Shown piece after piece: positions 6,870 through 15,196 of a DNA stretch of 64,000 nt (within the stretch, counting starts at the first letter, position 1; every line of letters begins with the position of its first letter). The notes beneath the pieces are model-generated. The model had not been told where the DNA came from and ran no database searches. It saw only the letters and a list, made by a program, of their open reading frames with translations. Where the stretch lies: the NCBI GenBank assembly GCA_020348445.1, contig CP070751.1:16832-80831 (forward strand), given 5' to 3'. The position numbers were made by a program, and so were the translations under genes. The stretch comes from Thermoplasmata archaeon. Its GTDB lineage: Archaea; Thermoplasmatota; Thermoplasmata; GCA-020350865.

Positions 6870-9683
6870 CTACAAATCCTTGAGCGCTGCTCTCACCTTC
6901 TCTTTTTTCTTTTCCAACTTCAATTCCTTGTAAATATCGATTGCCTTGTTTAGTTGTTCTTTCGCTTTATTAGGATCTCCCTTAGCCTTCCACATCAATC
7001 CAAATTCGAAGTGGGATTCTGCCAATTCCCTTTTTATTCCAATTCCCTTAAAAATCTTTACGCTCTCTTCAAAATTCTCAATGGATTCCTTCCATTTTCC
7101 CTGGTTTGTAAATATAATTCCTAAAATTCTTCTCGAGCTTGCTAGGGTCACTTTTGAACCAATCTCTTTAGATAGTTCAAATGATCGTTTGCAGAAATCA
7201 AATGCTCTTGTCAGATCCTTTTTTCTAAGATAGGCTTCCGCTATAAACCAATAGTTGTAAGCCATCAGTATCCGGTAGCCGATCTTTATAACTATTTTCA
7301 TGCTCTTTTCGAATTGATCAAGGGCTTTGTCATATTCTCCTTTATAAAAGTGTGCAACACCAATGTTGTGTAAAATTACAGCAATCCTCTTTTGGTCACC
7401 CATCCTCTCATGTATTTCTTTGGTCCTATCATAGTATTCAAGGGCTTTGTCATACTCTTCTATTTCAACATGAACAATACCAATGTTCATCATGTGAATG
7501 GCAGTAAATTGCATATCACCGATTTGCTCCGAAATGCCTAGACTTTTTTTGTAGTATTCGAGAGCTTCATTATATTTTCCAATCCACATATGAATTATGC
7601 CGATATTGTTGAGGGACCCTGCGATTCCTTTTTTATCTTCTATTATTTCCCTTATCTTAAGGCTCTTATCGTAATATCCAAGCGCCATTTCTATTTCTCC
7701 TCTTTCTTGGTGCACAGTGCCAATTAGATTTAGGGCATCCGCTTTTTCCCTGCATTCCTCATCTCTAACCAAGAATAGTGCTTCATTACAAATTTTTATT
7801 GATTCATTATATCCTCCCATATGCCTATGACAGTTCCCAATCCCAATCTTAATCTCAGCTTTTTTCTTATTATCAATGCTCAATTCCAATGCACGCTCGT
7901 AAGCCTTGATACTATTCTGATAATCCCCAATCAAGGAATAAATACCTGCCATTTCTTCGAGTGTTTTCCTCCTCTTTTTCGGATTATCCTCAAGTCCAAG
8001 AGCATAGGAATAGAATCTTATTGATTCTTCATTTGAATAATCCTTCTTTGCCTTCTCCGCCGCTTTAAGGAGATAGTGAAGTGCTTTGTCCTTATTCTTG
8101 CATTGATAATAATGAAATGCTAAATCTTCAACCACTTCATCCAGATTATCTTGGCTCAGTGTCTCAACCGAGTTTGCGATTATCGAGTGATAATCCCTTC
8201 TCAATTCTTCTGGTATTTCGCTGTAAAGCACCTCTTTTACTTTGGCATGGTCGAACTTGAAATATCCATTATGGGATTTGAGTAATCTATGAACTTGCTC
8301 TAAACTTCTCAACTGCTCTAAAAGTTGAGTTCTGTTCGTATCCAGGGCATAGGTTAGGATCGATGATGTGAACGTTTCTCCGATGATAGAAGCATAATCC
8401 AATACCTTCCTGTCTTCTTTTTCCAATCTGTTCAATCTTCTTTCAATCACGTTGTATATTTTGGATGGGATTTCGATATCTTTTAGATCTTTGGCTAACT
8501 TCCATGTTCCCTCATCTTCCAAAATGATCTTTTCATCGACTAGGAATTTTATTAAAAGGATAAAGAACAATGGATTCCCTTCGGTCTCCTTGTAGATTCG
8601 ATTCTTAAATTCATCAGTGAAATCGATTTTTCCAAGCAGGACAGACAAAAATTCGTCCATAATCTCTTCGGGTAATCTCGCAAGCTCCATCTTTTTCAAC
8701 AGATCCTCGCGGTCCATCAACTGCATGGTTCCCACAAGAGGATGACTCTTTTCATCCATTGAAGCAACATCCTCAGGTCTATAAGTGCCCATAATAAATA
8801 GCCCAGTCTCTCTCGTGTTTCTAGCGAGGTAGTGCATTAGAGCTAAGGATGATAGGTCTGTCCATTGTAAGTCTTCTATGCATAAAAGAGTGGGCATTTG
8901 CTGTGCCTGCCTTATCAATCCCAAAGAGACATTCTCGAATAATAAATTCCTTCTAATCTTTGGATCATCTTTACCATAATAGATACCGTCATACTTTCCG
9001 GATGTGATAAGAGGTTTGAGGAGCTCGTCGATTCCAGCAACCTTTTTTTCGTCACCACCCCATTTCTCAAGGATTCGTTTAAAAGTTTTTGTTATCTTTA
9101 ATAGGATCTCTCTCATATCGTTTAGCAGGAATTCATTTTCTCTTCCTGTTAGTATAACCACAAGATTGGTATCCTTATAATTATCGATTAATATACGATA
9201 ATTCTGGTATCCTAACGAATTCAAAGTTCCTTTTTCTTCCTCTCCAGACAGCTTTGAAAGAGATTCATTAAGAAAGTCAGTTATAGTGGTAAACATTGAT
9301 GCAAAAACATCAGGATTAAGTTCTGTTTCTTCTCTCACAAGATTTCTTATTAATATGCCCGCATTGGTTACCAGATAAACAGCTTCCACTCGTGGGGCTT
9401 CCTCTGCAAAAAGCGATTCCAGGCCTACAGATCTCAGGGCTTCCATAATGGGCATGAAGGGAGTAAGGGATTCATACATGCAGTTACCTGACAAGATCTG
9501 GAAGCCTTTGGATTGAGCAATCTCTTTCAGCTCGTTTACCAAACGGGTCTTTCCGATTCCTGCCTCCCCTGAGATGAATATTGTCCTTCCTTGCCCTTCC
9601 ATGGCTCTTTCTAGATAAGACTGCAGTTCTCTGAGTTCATCCTCGCGACCAACCATCTTGGGTTGGAGATCTAGATTCTGCAT
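6870..9683 (-). CDS. STAND-type (AAA_16/COG3899-like) ATPase with Roadblock/LC7-like insertion and C-terminal TPR array
   Basis: Likely start is ATG 9683 (MQNLDLQPKMVGREDEL...). The 45 codons upstream in the ORF track run through an AT-rich promoter. Walker A GEAGIGKT, Walker B-like LLCIEDLQWTD, and more than 10 TPR-like repeats (G.Y.EAL.YY.K.L.I). See the separate insertion feature. Confidence 0.8.
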   Translation of the reverse strand: MQNLDLQPKMVGREDELRELQSYLERAMEGQGRTIFISGEAGIGKTRLVNELKEIAQSKGFQILSGNCMYESLTPFMPIMEALRSVGLESLFAEEAPRVEAVYLVTNAGILIRNLVREETELNPDVFASMFTTITDFLNESLSKLSGEEEKGTLNSLGYQNYRILIDNYKDTNLVVILTGRENEFLLNDMREILLKITKTFKRILEKWGGDEKKVAGIDELLKPLITSGKYDGIYYGKDDPKIRRNLLFENVSLGLIRQAQQMPTLLCIEDLQWTDLSSLALMHYLARNTRETGLFIMGTYRPEDVASMDEKSHPLVGTMQLMDREDLLKKMELARLPEEIMDEFLSVLLGKIDFTDEFKNRIYKETEGNPLFFILLIKFLVDEKIILEDEGTWKLAKDLKDIEIPSKIYNVIERRLNRLEKEDRKVLDYASIIGETFTSSILTYALDTNRTQLLEQLRSLEQVHRLLKSHNGYFKFDHAKVKEVLYSEIPEELRRDYHSIIANSVETLSQDNLDEVVEDLAFHYYQCKNKDKALHYLLKAAEKAKKDYSNEESIRFYSYALGLEDNPKKRRKTLEEMAGIYSLIGDYQNSIKAYERALELSIDNKKKAEIKIGIGNCHRHMGGYNESIKICNEALFLVRDEECREKADALNLIGTVHQERGEIEMALGYYDKSLKIREIIEDKKGIAGSLNNIGIIHMWIGKYNEALEYYKKSLGISEQIGDMQFTAIHMMNIGIVHVEIEEYDKALEYYDRTKEIHERMGDQKRIAVILHNIGVAHFYKGEYDKALDQFEKSMKIVIKIGYRILMAYNYWFIAEAYLRKKDLTRAFDFCKRSFELSKEIGSKVTLASSRRILGIIFTNQGKWKESIENFEESVKIFKGIGIKRELAESHFEFGLMWKAKGDPNKAKEQLNKAIDIYKELKLEKKKEKVRAALKDL
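9084..9395 (-). other. Roadblock/LC7 (MglB-like) domain-like insertion inside the NTPase domain
   Basis: About 100 aa between Walker A and Walker B: VEAVYLVTNAGILIRNLVREETELNPDVFASMFTTITDFLNESLSKL...LNSLGYQNYRILIDNYKDTNLVVILTGRENEFLLNDMREIL. By eye this follows the beta-beta-alpha-beta-beta(-alpha) pattern of Robl_LC7. No profile search was run. Confidence 0.55.
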
Positions 9684-9830
9684 CTTCCCCCCACAATGAT
9701 TTATTATCCCCGGGCTATTTATATACAAAACGTTTTTAAAATATATAAGGTTATATGTAAATTTGTGAGATTTTAAAAAATATGAGAGGAATTTAGCAAT
9801 GTTTCTAAAATATTGCATTTTTATAACTTT

Positions 9831-9898
9831 TTACTCCCAATCCAAAAGCCTCTTTTCGCCCTCGAGTTTTTTCATATCAGTTACATCCTGCGAGACCA
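9831..9898 (-). pseudogene. remnant of the 3' end of a PAS-domain (DUF438-type) gene, copy 2
   Basis: Reads ...MVSQDVTDMKKLEGEKRLLDWE-stop versus the intact gene end LEVSQDVTDIKKLEGENRLLDWE-stop. About 68 nt align to 10879-10946 with 6 mismatches. An upstream in-frame stop leaves no gene body. Confidence 0.7.
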
Positions 9899-9981
9899 TG
9901 AGAGGGATAATAGCTACAATAAGTTAAAAAAAAAACCCAAAGGTCAACTCTCGTCATTACTTTAAAATCCAAACCATAGTG

Positions 9982-10485
9982 TTAACTTTTAGCAATTCTT
10001 TCCATAATAGTTTTATAGAGAACCACTGTCATTCTAAAGTCACTCTCAGCAAGCTTGGCAATTACCTCCTTGGCCTTCTTTTTATCGATTTTTTTCATCT
10101 CGACCGCAGCTACAATCAAACCCAAAAGCCCGGTATAATCTCTATTCTCAACATCCGCAACCCTTCTTGCATTTAGCTCGTCTATAATCAGCCTCGCCTT
10201 TTTTTCAGTGAAAAATAAAGTCGCCTCGCCTTCGCCTAAACCATATTTTGTAAACTGTTTCACATTCCCCTTCACTCTAACTGATATTATCCAATCTCCC
10301 ATTGCTTGCATGATCTTGTCAGTTTCTGGATAGTTATGGCCAAGAAGCTCTTTCTCGATGGATTTTGTAATATATATTTTACCCAACAATTTTTTTAAAA
10401 GGTCAAGCTCTCCAATCCTGGATAACGCGATTATGGTGGATGAGTCCACAAAAGTTCTCATACTGACACTCAGCTTTTGAGCCAT
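9982..10485 (-). CDS. PIN-domain toxin (DUF3368-like)
   Basis: The N-terminus VDSSTIIALSRIGELDLLKKLLGKIYITKSIEKEL matches the typical DUF3368/PIN start. Overlaps the upstream antitoxin gene by 16 nt. An alternative start is ATG 10461. Confidence 0.7.
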   Translation of the reverse strand: MAQKLSVSMRTFVDSSTIIALSRIGELDLLKKLLGKIYITKSIEKELLGHNYPETDKIMQAMGDWIISVRVKGNVKQFTKYGLGEGEATLFFTEKKARLIIDELNARRVADVENRDYTGLLGLIVAAVEMKKIDKKKAKEVIAKLAESDFRMTVVLYKTIMERIAKS

Positions 10486-10790
10486 TTCTTGGCTTTCCTT
10501 GTGTCCTTCTCAAGTTCGCTTTCCGAGTATTTGAAGAATGGTATCTCTCTTTTCCCCAGATAGTCAGCCATTTCTTGGATGCTTACATCCGCAAACTCCG
10601 CTGCCCTACATAATGTAAATTCATTGCTCAGGTATTTCTTTTGAGCGATTTCCAGTTTTAAAACCTTAATACCTTCATGAAGTGCATTTCTTGCCACTTC
10701 TGATTTGGTCATATGGAGAATCTCGATTAACTCCTCCATTTCCGATATTTCATCATCGGGTAATCGTATCTGCAAGTTTTCCATATTCAA
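10470..10790 (-). CDS. UPF0175-family antitoxin-like protein
   Basis: 106 aa with an HTH-like segment CRAAEFADVSIQEMADYLGKREIPF, characteristic of UPF0175 partners of DUF3368 PIN proteins. N-terminal RHH-like strand IRLPDDEISEMEELI. Confidence 0.65.
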   Translation of the reverse strand: MNMENLQIRLPDDEISEMEELIEILHMTKSEVARNALHEGIKVLKLEIAQKKYLSNEFTLCRAAEFADVSIQEMADYLGKREIPFFKYSESELEKDTRKAKKWLKS

Positions 10791-10878
10791 CCCATTACAA
10801 TATAATGTTTTGTAATGATATAAAGGTTGTGGTTGTTATTATCTGCAAGTTGTAAGGCAATTGTTTTTTGGGGTTCCT

Positions 10879-12681
10879 TTACTCCCAATCCAAAAGTCTG
10901 TTTTCACCCTCAAGTTTTTTGATGTCAGTTACATCCTGCGAGACTTCAAGGGTGCCCTTGTAAATACCCTCAGAATCCCTCACAGCAAAATATCTAATAT
11001 GTATGAACTTACCATCCAACTGCAGCCAGAACTCGGCAACGTCCTTGTAACCTGCCTTGAATTGATTTAGTATTTTTTGGACGGTATCCACGCTCTTTGA
11101 GGGATGGCATTTCTGAACCTTCCTTCTGATCACTGCGGGACTTCTTGGGAAGATCCTCTCCTTGGTTGCAGAATAATACGCAACCCTATCAGTCTCATCA
11201 ACAAAAGAAATATCCACTGGGAGATGAGTCAGTATCAAATCGATCTGCTCCTTGGATAGAGCGCCTGTAGCCAGAGGTATCTTCTGCTCTTTAACAGGTA
11301 TTTCCAGTATTTGCACCTCTTTTGGCATTTCAAAATCCTCAGGTGGCCATTTCTCCTCAGGTTCAACCCAGGCATAACCTATCTCCTCTTCACCAGATCG
11401 CACCTTTGTCCACTCTGATTGGGATAGTTGTTCAAGACTCATGGGAAACAGTATGTGCTCCTCCTTGTAGATCATCTCCCGGGTTGTTGGGATCAATTCC
11501 TTTAACGTCTTCACAAGTGCGGTGGGTTCCTCCTGGGATAACAGCTCACTTGCCTTTTTTAGCAATGTCCTTACATCATCATGTATTCCCCACATGACCT
11601 GTGAAGGTCCTGAGACATCATGGGACTCAAGCATCGGAAACAGCTGGTTCTCCTTTCTCAGATAATGATAGTCGATCTTGGCAAAGCTTTCAAGTAATCT
11701 CCCCAGTCCTCCACGACAGTCCAAAAATACAGTCTCATTTGGAGGATCCCCCAGCCTTTTCAGCATCTCCTCGATTTCATCCATGATCTTTTCAGCTTCC
11801 CTGTTCTCCTTCATGAATGTGTGAACAGGGTGACCTGGGGGTGCAGTTGGAATCTCTTTTTTATCAAGCGATTCCTTGAAAATCTCAACATGAACATCAC
11901 AAAGTCTCTTTACTTCTTCCTCGGGAATACCCTCATCAATCAATTGTTGCTCCATCTTTGATATCTCGGAGGGATCGACATCCTTTATGAGCTCTCTGAA
12001 TTTATTCTTCAGAACATTCATGTCCTCCCCTTCATGAACCCCCCTTATGATTTCCTTTAGAACCTCCTGCCTTTTATCAGATTCTACTAACTGTTCTTTG
12101 GGTTCCTCAAAAGGTTCTTTAGGTTCTTCAAAAGGCTCTTTAGGTTCCTCAATAGGTTCCCTAGGTTCCTCAAAAGGTTCCTTGGGCTCCTCAATATGTT
12201 CTTTGGATTCCTCAATAGGTTCCTTGGGCTCCTCAAAAGGTTCTTCAAAAGGTTCTTTGGGCTCTTCAAAAGGTTCTTTGGGTTCCTCAAAAGGTTCTTT
12301 AGGTTCTTCAAAAGGTTCTTTGGGTTCCTCACCAGGCTCCTTGGGCTCCTCAAAAGGTTCCTTGGGTTCTTCAAAAGGTTCCCTAGGTTCTTCAAAAGGT
12401 TCCTTGGGCTCTTCAACAGTTTCTTTGGAAAATTCAACCTTAATAACAAGCTCTTCGTTTGTCTTCTCCAAAACCTCCCGTGCGATCTCATTCATAAGCA
12501 GGTTAAGTTCGATTTTACCCATGGATGCTACTTTTTCCAATGTGGCAACCTTGGCCATGGTCTTACGTAAGATACGGCTCTTCAATTGTCGTAAGTCAGG
12601 CGAAAGTTCGGCTAAAAAATCCACCAGAAAAGGATATCTGCTCAATAGAACATCAAGTTTGGTATTAGCGTCAATTTTCAT
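10879..12681 (-). CDS. DUF1858 / DUF438 / hemerythrin-like / PAS domain protein with internal acidic Pro-rich repeat
   Basis: N-terminus MKIDANTKLDVLLSRYPFLVDFL (DUF1858-like). Middle region has His/Glu-rich hemerythrin-like helices (HPVHTFMKENREAEKIM, DYHYLRKENQLFP). C-terminal PAS domain (FVDETDRVAYYS...IRYFAVRD). 108-aa EEPKEPF repeat. Confidence 0.8.
   Translation of the reverse strand: MKIDANTKLDVLLSRYPFLVDFLAELSPDLRQLKSRILRKTMAKVATLEKVASMGKIELNLLMNEIAREVLEKTNEELVIKVEFSKETVEEPKEPFEEPREPFEEPKEPFEEPKEPGEEPKEPFEEPKEPFEEPKEPFEEPKEPFEEPFEEPKEPIEESKEHIEEPKEPFEEPREPIEEPKEPFEEPKEPFEEPKEQLVESDKRQEVLKEIIRGVHEGEDMNVLKNKFRELIKDVDPSEISKMEQQLIDEGIPEEEVKRLCDVHVEIFKESLDKKEIPTAPPGHPVHTFMKENREAEKIMDEIEEMLKRLGDPPNETVFLDCRGGLGRLLESFAKIDYHYLRKENQLFPMLESHDVSGPSQVMWGIHDDVRTLLKKASELLSQEEPTALVKTLKELIPTTREMIYKEEHILFPMSLEQLSQSEWTKVRSGEEEIGYAWVEPEEKWPPEDFEMPKEVQILEIPVKEQKIPLATGALSKEQIDLILTHLPVDISFVDETDRVAYYSATKERIFPRSPAVIRRKVQKCHPSKSVDTVQKILNQFKAGYKDVAEFWLQLDGKFIHIRYFAVRDSEGIYKGTLEVSQDVTDIKKLEGENRLLDWE
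12091..12414. repeat. 21-nt (7-codon) tandem repeat encoding about 15 copies of EEPKEPF
   Basis: Directly visible in the DNA and the protein. It generates three spurious repeat-frame ORFs in the track. Confidence 0.95.
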
Positions 12682-12750
12682 TTTTTACCCCCCTGTAATC
12701 CAAGCCTACATCGAATAGGAAAATATAAATGTAATGGCCAAATTTGGGCT

Positions 12751-13755
12751 CTACCTAAGATATTGACCGCAAGTTTTGCATTTGGATTCATGCTCCAGAT
12801 TGACTGTTTGACAGCTTGGACATTTTACATAACCCACTGGGACAACTGCTGAATCATCCCCCTTTGGTATTTGCTGTTCATAATCCATATCTCTTTTATA
12901 CCGAGGTTGCGGGCTCTGATATGTGGGATAATGACCTCCTGAATCTTGATATGTGTGTGGAGGTGTTACCTCCATTAGGTCAGACGGTATTATATTGACC
13001 TGTCCTGTCGTGGCATACCGATAGAGGGCCGCGGTAAGCACTCCCTGGGCTGCTGTGGAAATGCAGAAAAGAACTATGAAATAGACTATCCCCACACTCA
13101 GGCCCACCCAAATCCAAATTCCGCCTGCCATGATCCCCAAGACGATTGGAATCACTCCTAAAAGACCGAATAAGAAGAAGATTATTCCCAGGCCAAAGGA
13201 GGATATAAACGTCTCTCCCCATGTATCCTTGAAAACATGGGCACTTCTTTTGACGGCTTTAAAAACTGATACCTTCTCATATATCAAAACAGGTATTATA
13301 AAGAAAGTGGCCATGGTCCACGCAAATCCAATTAATGAGATCATGATTCTTCCCAGGGCATCCATTCTTTCTTCAAGTGCCCTTAATATCAAACCAACTG
13401 TTGCGGCAAGTACTGCCCACCCCAGTATTCCCTTTATATTTTCATTGGCGATTCTAAAACCGTCTTTTAAGGTGGGGTCGCCGCCCTGTAACCTAATGGT
13501 AGCGCATCCGATCACAGCGGTATTGAAATATATTCCAATAAAATAAAGTATAAAATAGAGCAAAATAAACAATACCACCATTAGGATACCATTTGAAAGG
13601 AAAAGACCTGTAAAAAAGATGCCCAGGATAAATGTCATTCCTATCACTGCCATAACTATACCTGCTATCAGAGGAAACAGCAGTATTTCCTTATCCTTTC
13701 TTATGACACCCAAGCTGATTTTCATGAGCTCCCAACTACGACCAAATCGACCCAT
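12751..13755 (-). CDS. polytopic membrane protein with C-terminal zinc-ribbon
   Basis: 334 aa with about 6 hydrophobic helices. Tail is Pro/Tyr/Gln-rich and ends CPSCQ...CKTCG. Confidence 0.6.
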   Translation of the reverse strand: MGRFGRSWELMKISLGVIRKDKEILLFPLIAGIVMAVIGMTFILGIFFTGLFLSNGILMVVLFILLYFILYFIGIYFNTAVIGCATIRLQGGDPTLKDGFRIANENIKGILGWAVLAATVGLILRALEERMDALGRIMISLIGFAWTMATFFIIPVLIYEKVSVFKAVKRSAHVFKDTWGETFISSFGLGIIFFLFGLLGVIPIVLGIMAGGIWIWVGLSVGIVYFIVLFCISTAAQGVLTAALYRYATTGQVNIIPSDLMEVTPPHTYQDSGGHYPTYQSPQPRYKRDMDYEQQIPKGDDSAVVPVGYVKCPSCQTVNLEHESKCKTCGQYLR

Positions 13756-13902
13756 TTGATCACCTCGATGTTATAAATTCAATTTTTAATCAAGACCCAA
13801 ATCCAATTTATCTATAATAAATATATTGTTATTATTATCGTCGTGAACTTAAAGTGCAAATGTAGGTTCATAAGAGCAGAATGTCAACGGGCAAATCAGT
13901 AT

Positions 13903-14826
13903 CTATCCTTCTAATATGTCTCCTTTTACGCCAATTGTGTAATCCTTTACTGGGATATCTTTGCCTGAATCTCCAATGGCATCCTGAATCAGCTTCACAA
14001 GACCAAAGCAGCACAGAACCTCCATATGAGCAACTGTTATGGATTTTATATTGTTGACCTTAAGAATCTGGGCGATCTTCTCCCTATAGAATGCGTAGTC
14101 ATCCAATTTAGGACAGCCTACAAGCAGTATCTTGTCTTTCAAGAAACCATTGTGGAAATCGGGGTATGCAAAGGGAACGCAGTCAGCAGCAATCAAAAGA
14201 TCAGCATCTTTAAAATACGGTGCATTTGGAGGAACCAACATGATCTGAACGGGCCACTGTCTCAGCTGGGATACTCCTTTAGGAACTACCTTTGTAACCT
14301 CCTCAACGCATTCCTCTTCTTCTTTTCTAAGATCCATAACTGCAGATCCTAGACATCCGCAGGGAAGTGTATCCTCCTTCTTTTCTTCCCGAAGGTCCAT
14401 CACAGCTGAGCCCGGGCATCCGTGGACTCCACCTTGAGAAGGGGCAGGCTCCTCTTTGGGCTCTTCCCCAAGTTGCGGAACCTCCATAATGTTCTCCTTT
14501 AGGTAGTCTATTGCCTGGTTCAAATATTCAGTTTGACCGTGTTCTTTGAGATGCACAAGATGAGCCTCAATAACATTGGGTCCCTCCTTTACAACATTAG
14601 CCATGACCTTTTTCTCATCGTACTCCTCGGCCTCTCTTTCCTCAATTGAAATGGCATCAACTGGGCAGTGGCCAATGCAGGCTCCAAGCCCATCACAGAA
14701 TAAATCTGAAATTATTCTTGCCTTGTCATCAATAATTTGAAGAGCTCCTTCGGGACAGTTGGGAATACAATCTCCGCAGCCCGTACAAGTATCCTCATCG
14801 ATCTTGATTATCTGTCTTTTTACCAT
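13903..14826 (-). CDS. 4Fe-4S dicluster domain protein with duplicated C(P/L)GSAVMDLR motif
   Basis: CTGCGDCIPNCP and CDGLGACIGHCP ferredoxin motifs at the N-terminus. Internal duplication HGCPGSAVMDLREE / CGCLGSAVMDLRKE. C-terminal Cys-containing domain. Confidence 0.7.
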   Translation of the reverse strand: MVKRQIIKIDEDTCTGCGDCIPNCPEGALQIIDDKARIISDLFCDGLGACIGHCPVDAISIEEREAEEYDEKKVMANVVKEGPNVIEAHLVHLKEHGQTEYLNQAIDYLKENIMEVPQLGEEPKEEPAPSQGGVHGCPGSAVMDLREEKKEDTLPCGCLGSAVMDLRKEEEECVEEVTKVVPKGVSQLRQWPVQIMLVPPNAPYFKDADLLIAADCVPFAYPDFHNGFLKDKILLVGCPKLDDYAFYREKIAQILKVNNIKSITVAHMEVLCCFGLVKLIQDAIGDSGKDIPVKDYTIGVKGDILEG

Positions 14827-15196
14827 CTAATTCACTCCTTCTTTCACAGTATTTTTTAATCTTTTCCATATACTCCTTCATTTTCTTCTCTTCATCCTCA
14901 GTTCTTTTTTTATCCTCTCTTGTAGCTTCTTTAGCCTTCATATATTTGGTATAAGCCTCCTCCCCAACACATTCTTTTCCATAATCGCACCATTCGATGC
15001 AAGTTGGAACTTCTTCCTTTAGGACATTGCTCCCGCACACCTGACATTTACGTGAGAATTCGTGGGTCCATATCTCAACCTCAGCACCGCATTTTCCGCA
15101 TTTGAAGAACTCGGGAATGGGTTCTTTTATTCTCGAGGCGCCGGGGCACGAGAATTGCGTCAATTTATTGCTCATCTCCTTTTGTATTGGGTTCAT
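14795..15196 (-). CDS. Cys-rich zinc-ribbon protein with Lys/Glu-rich tail
   Basis: 133 aa with FSCPGASR, CGKCG...CQVCG, CIEWCDYGKEC. Overlaps the downstream ferredoxin-like gene by 32 nt. Confidence 0.55.
   Translation of the reverse strand: MNPIQKEMSNKLTQFSCPGASRIKEPIPEFFKCGKCGAEVEIWTHEFSRKCQVCGSNVLKEEVPTCIEWCDYGKECVGEEAYTKYMKAKEATREDKKRTEDEEKKMKEYMEKIKKYCERRSELDGKKTDNQDR

Noticed and set aside
9684-9818. 45-codon N-terminal extension of the STAND ATPase ORF, and likewise 40216-40281 for the second ATPase-TPR gene
   Set aside because: The extensions read through AT-rich TATA-like promoter sequence or overlap the upstream gene. Internal ATGs with G-rich SD sites give N-termini typical of these ATPase families.
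12047-12718. Plus-strand 223-aa ORF, with 12087-12491 (-) and 12196-12570 (+), composed of SLGSSKG / RNLLKNP / FFKRF repeats
   Set aside because: These are alternative-frame readings of the 21-nt EEPKEPF tandem repeat inside the well-supported 600-aa gene. They have low-complexity composition and no independent start signals.
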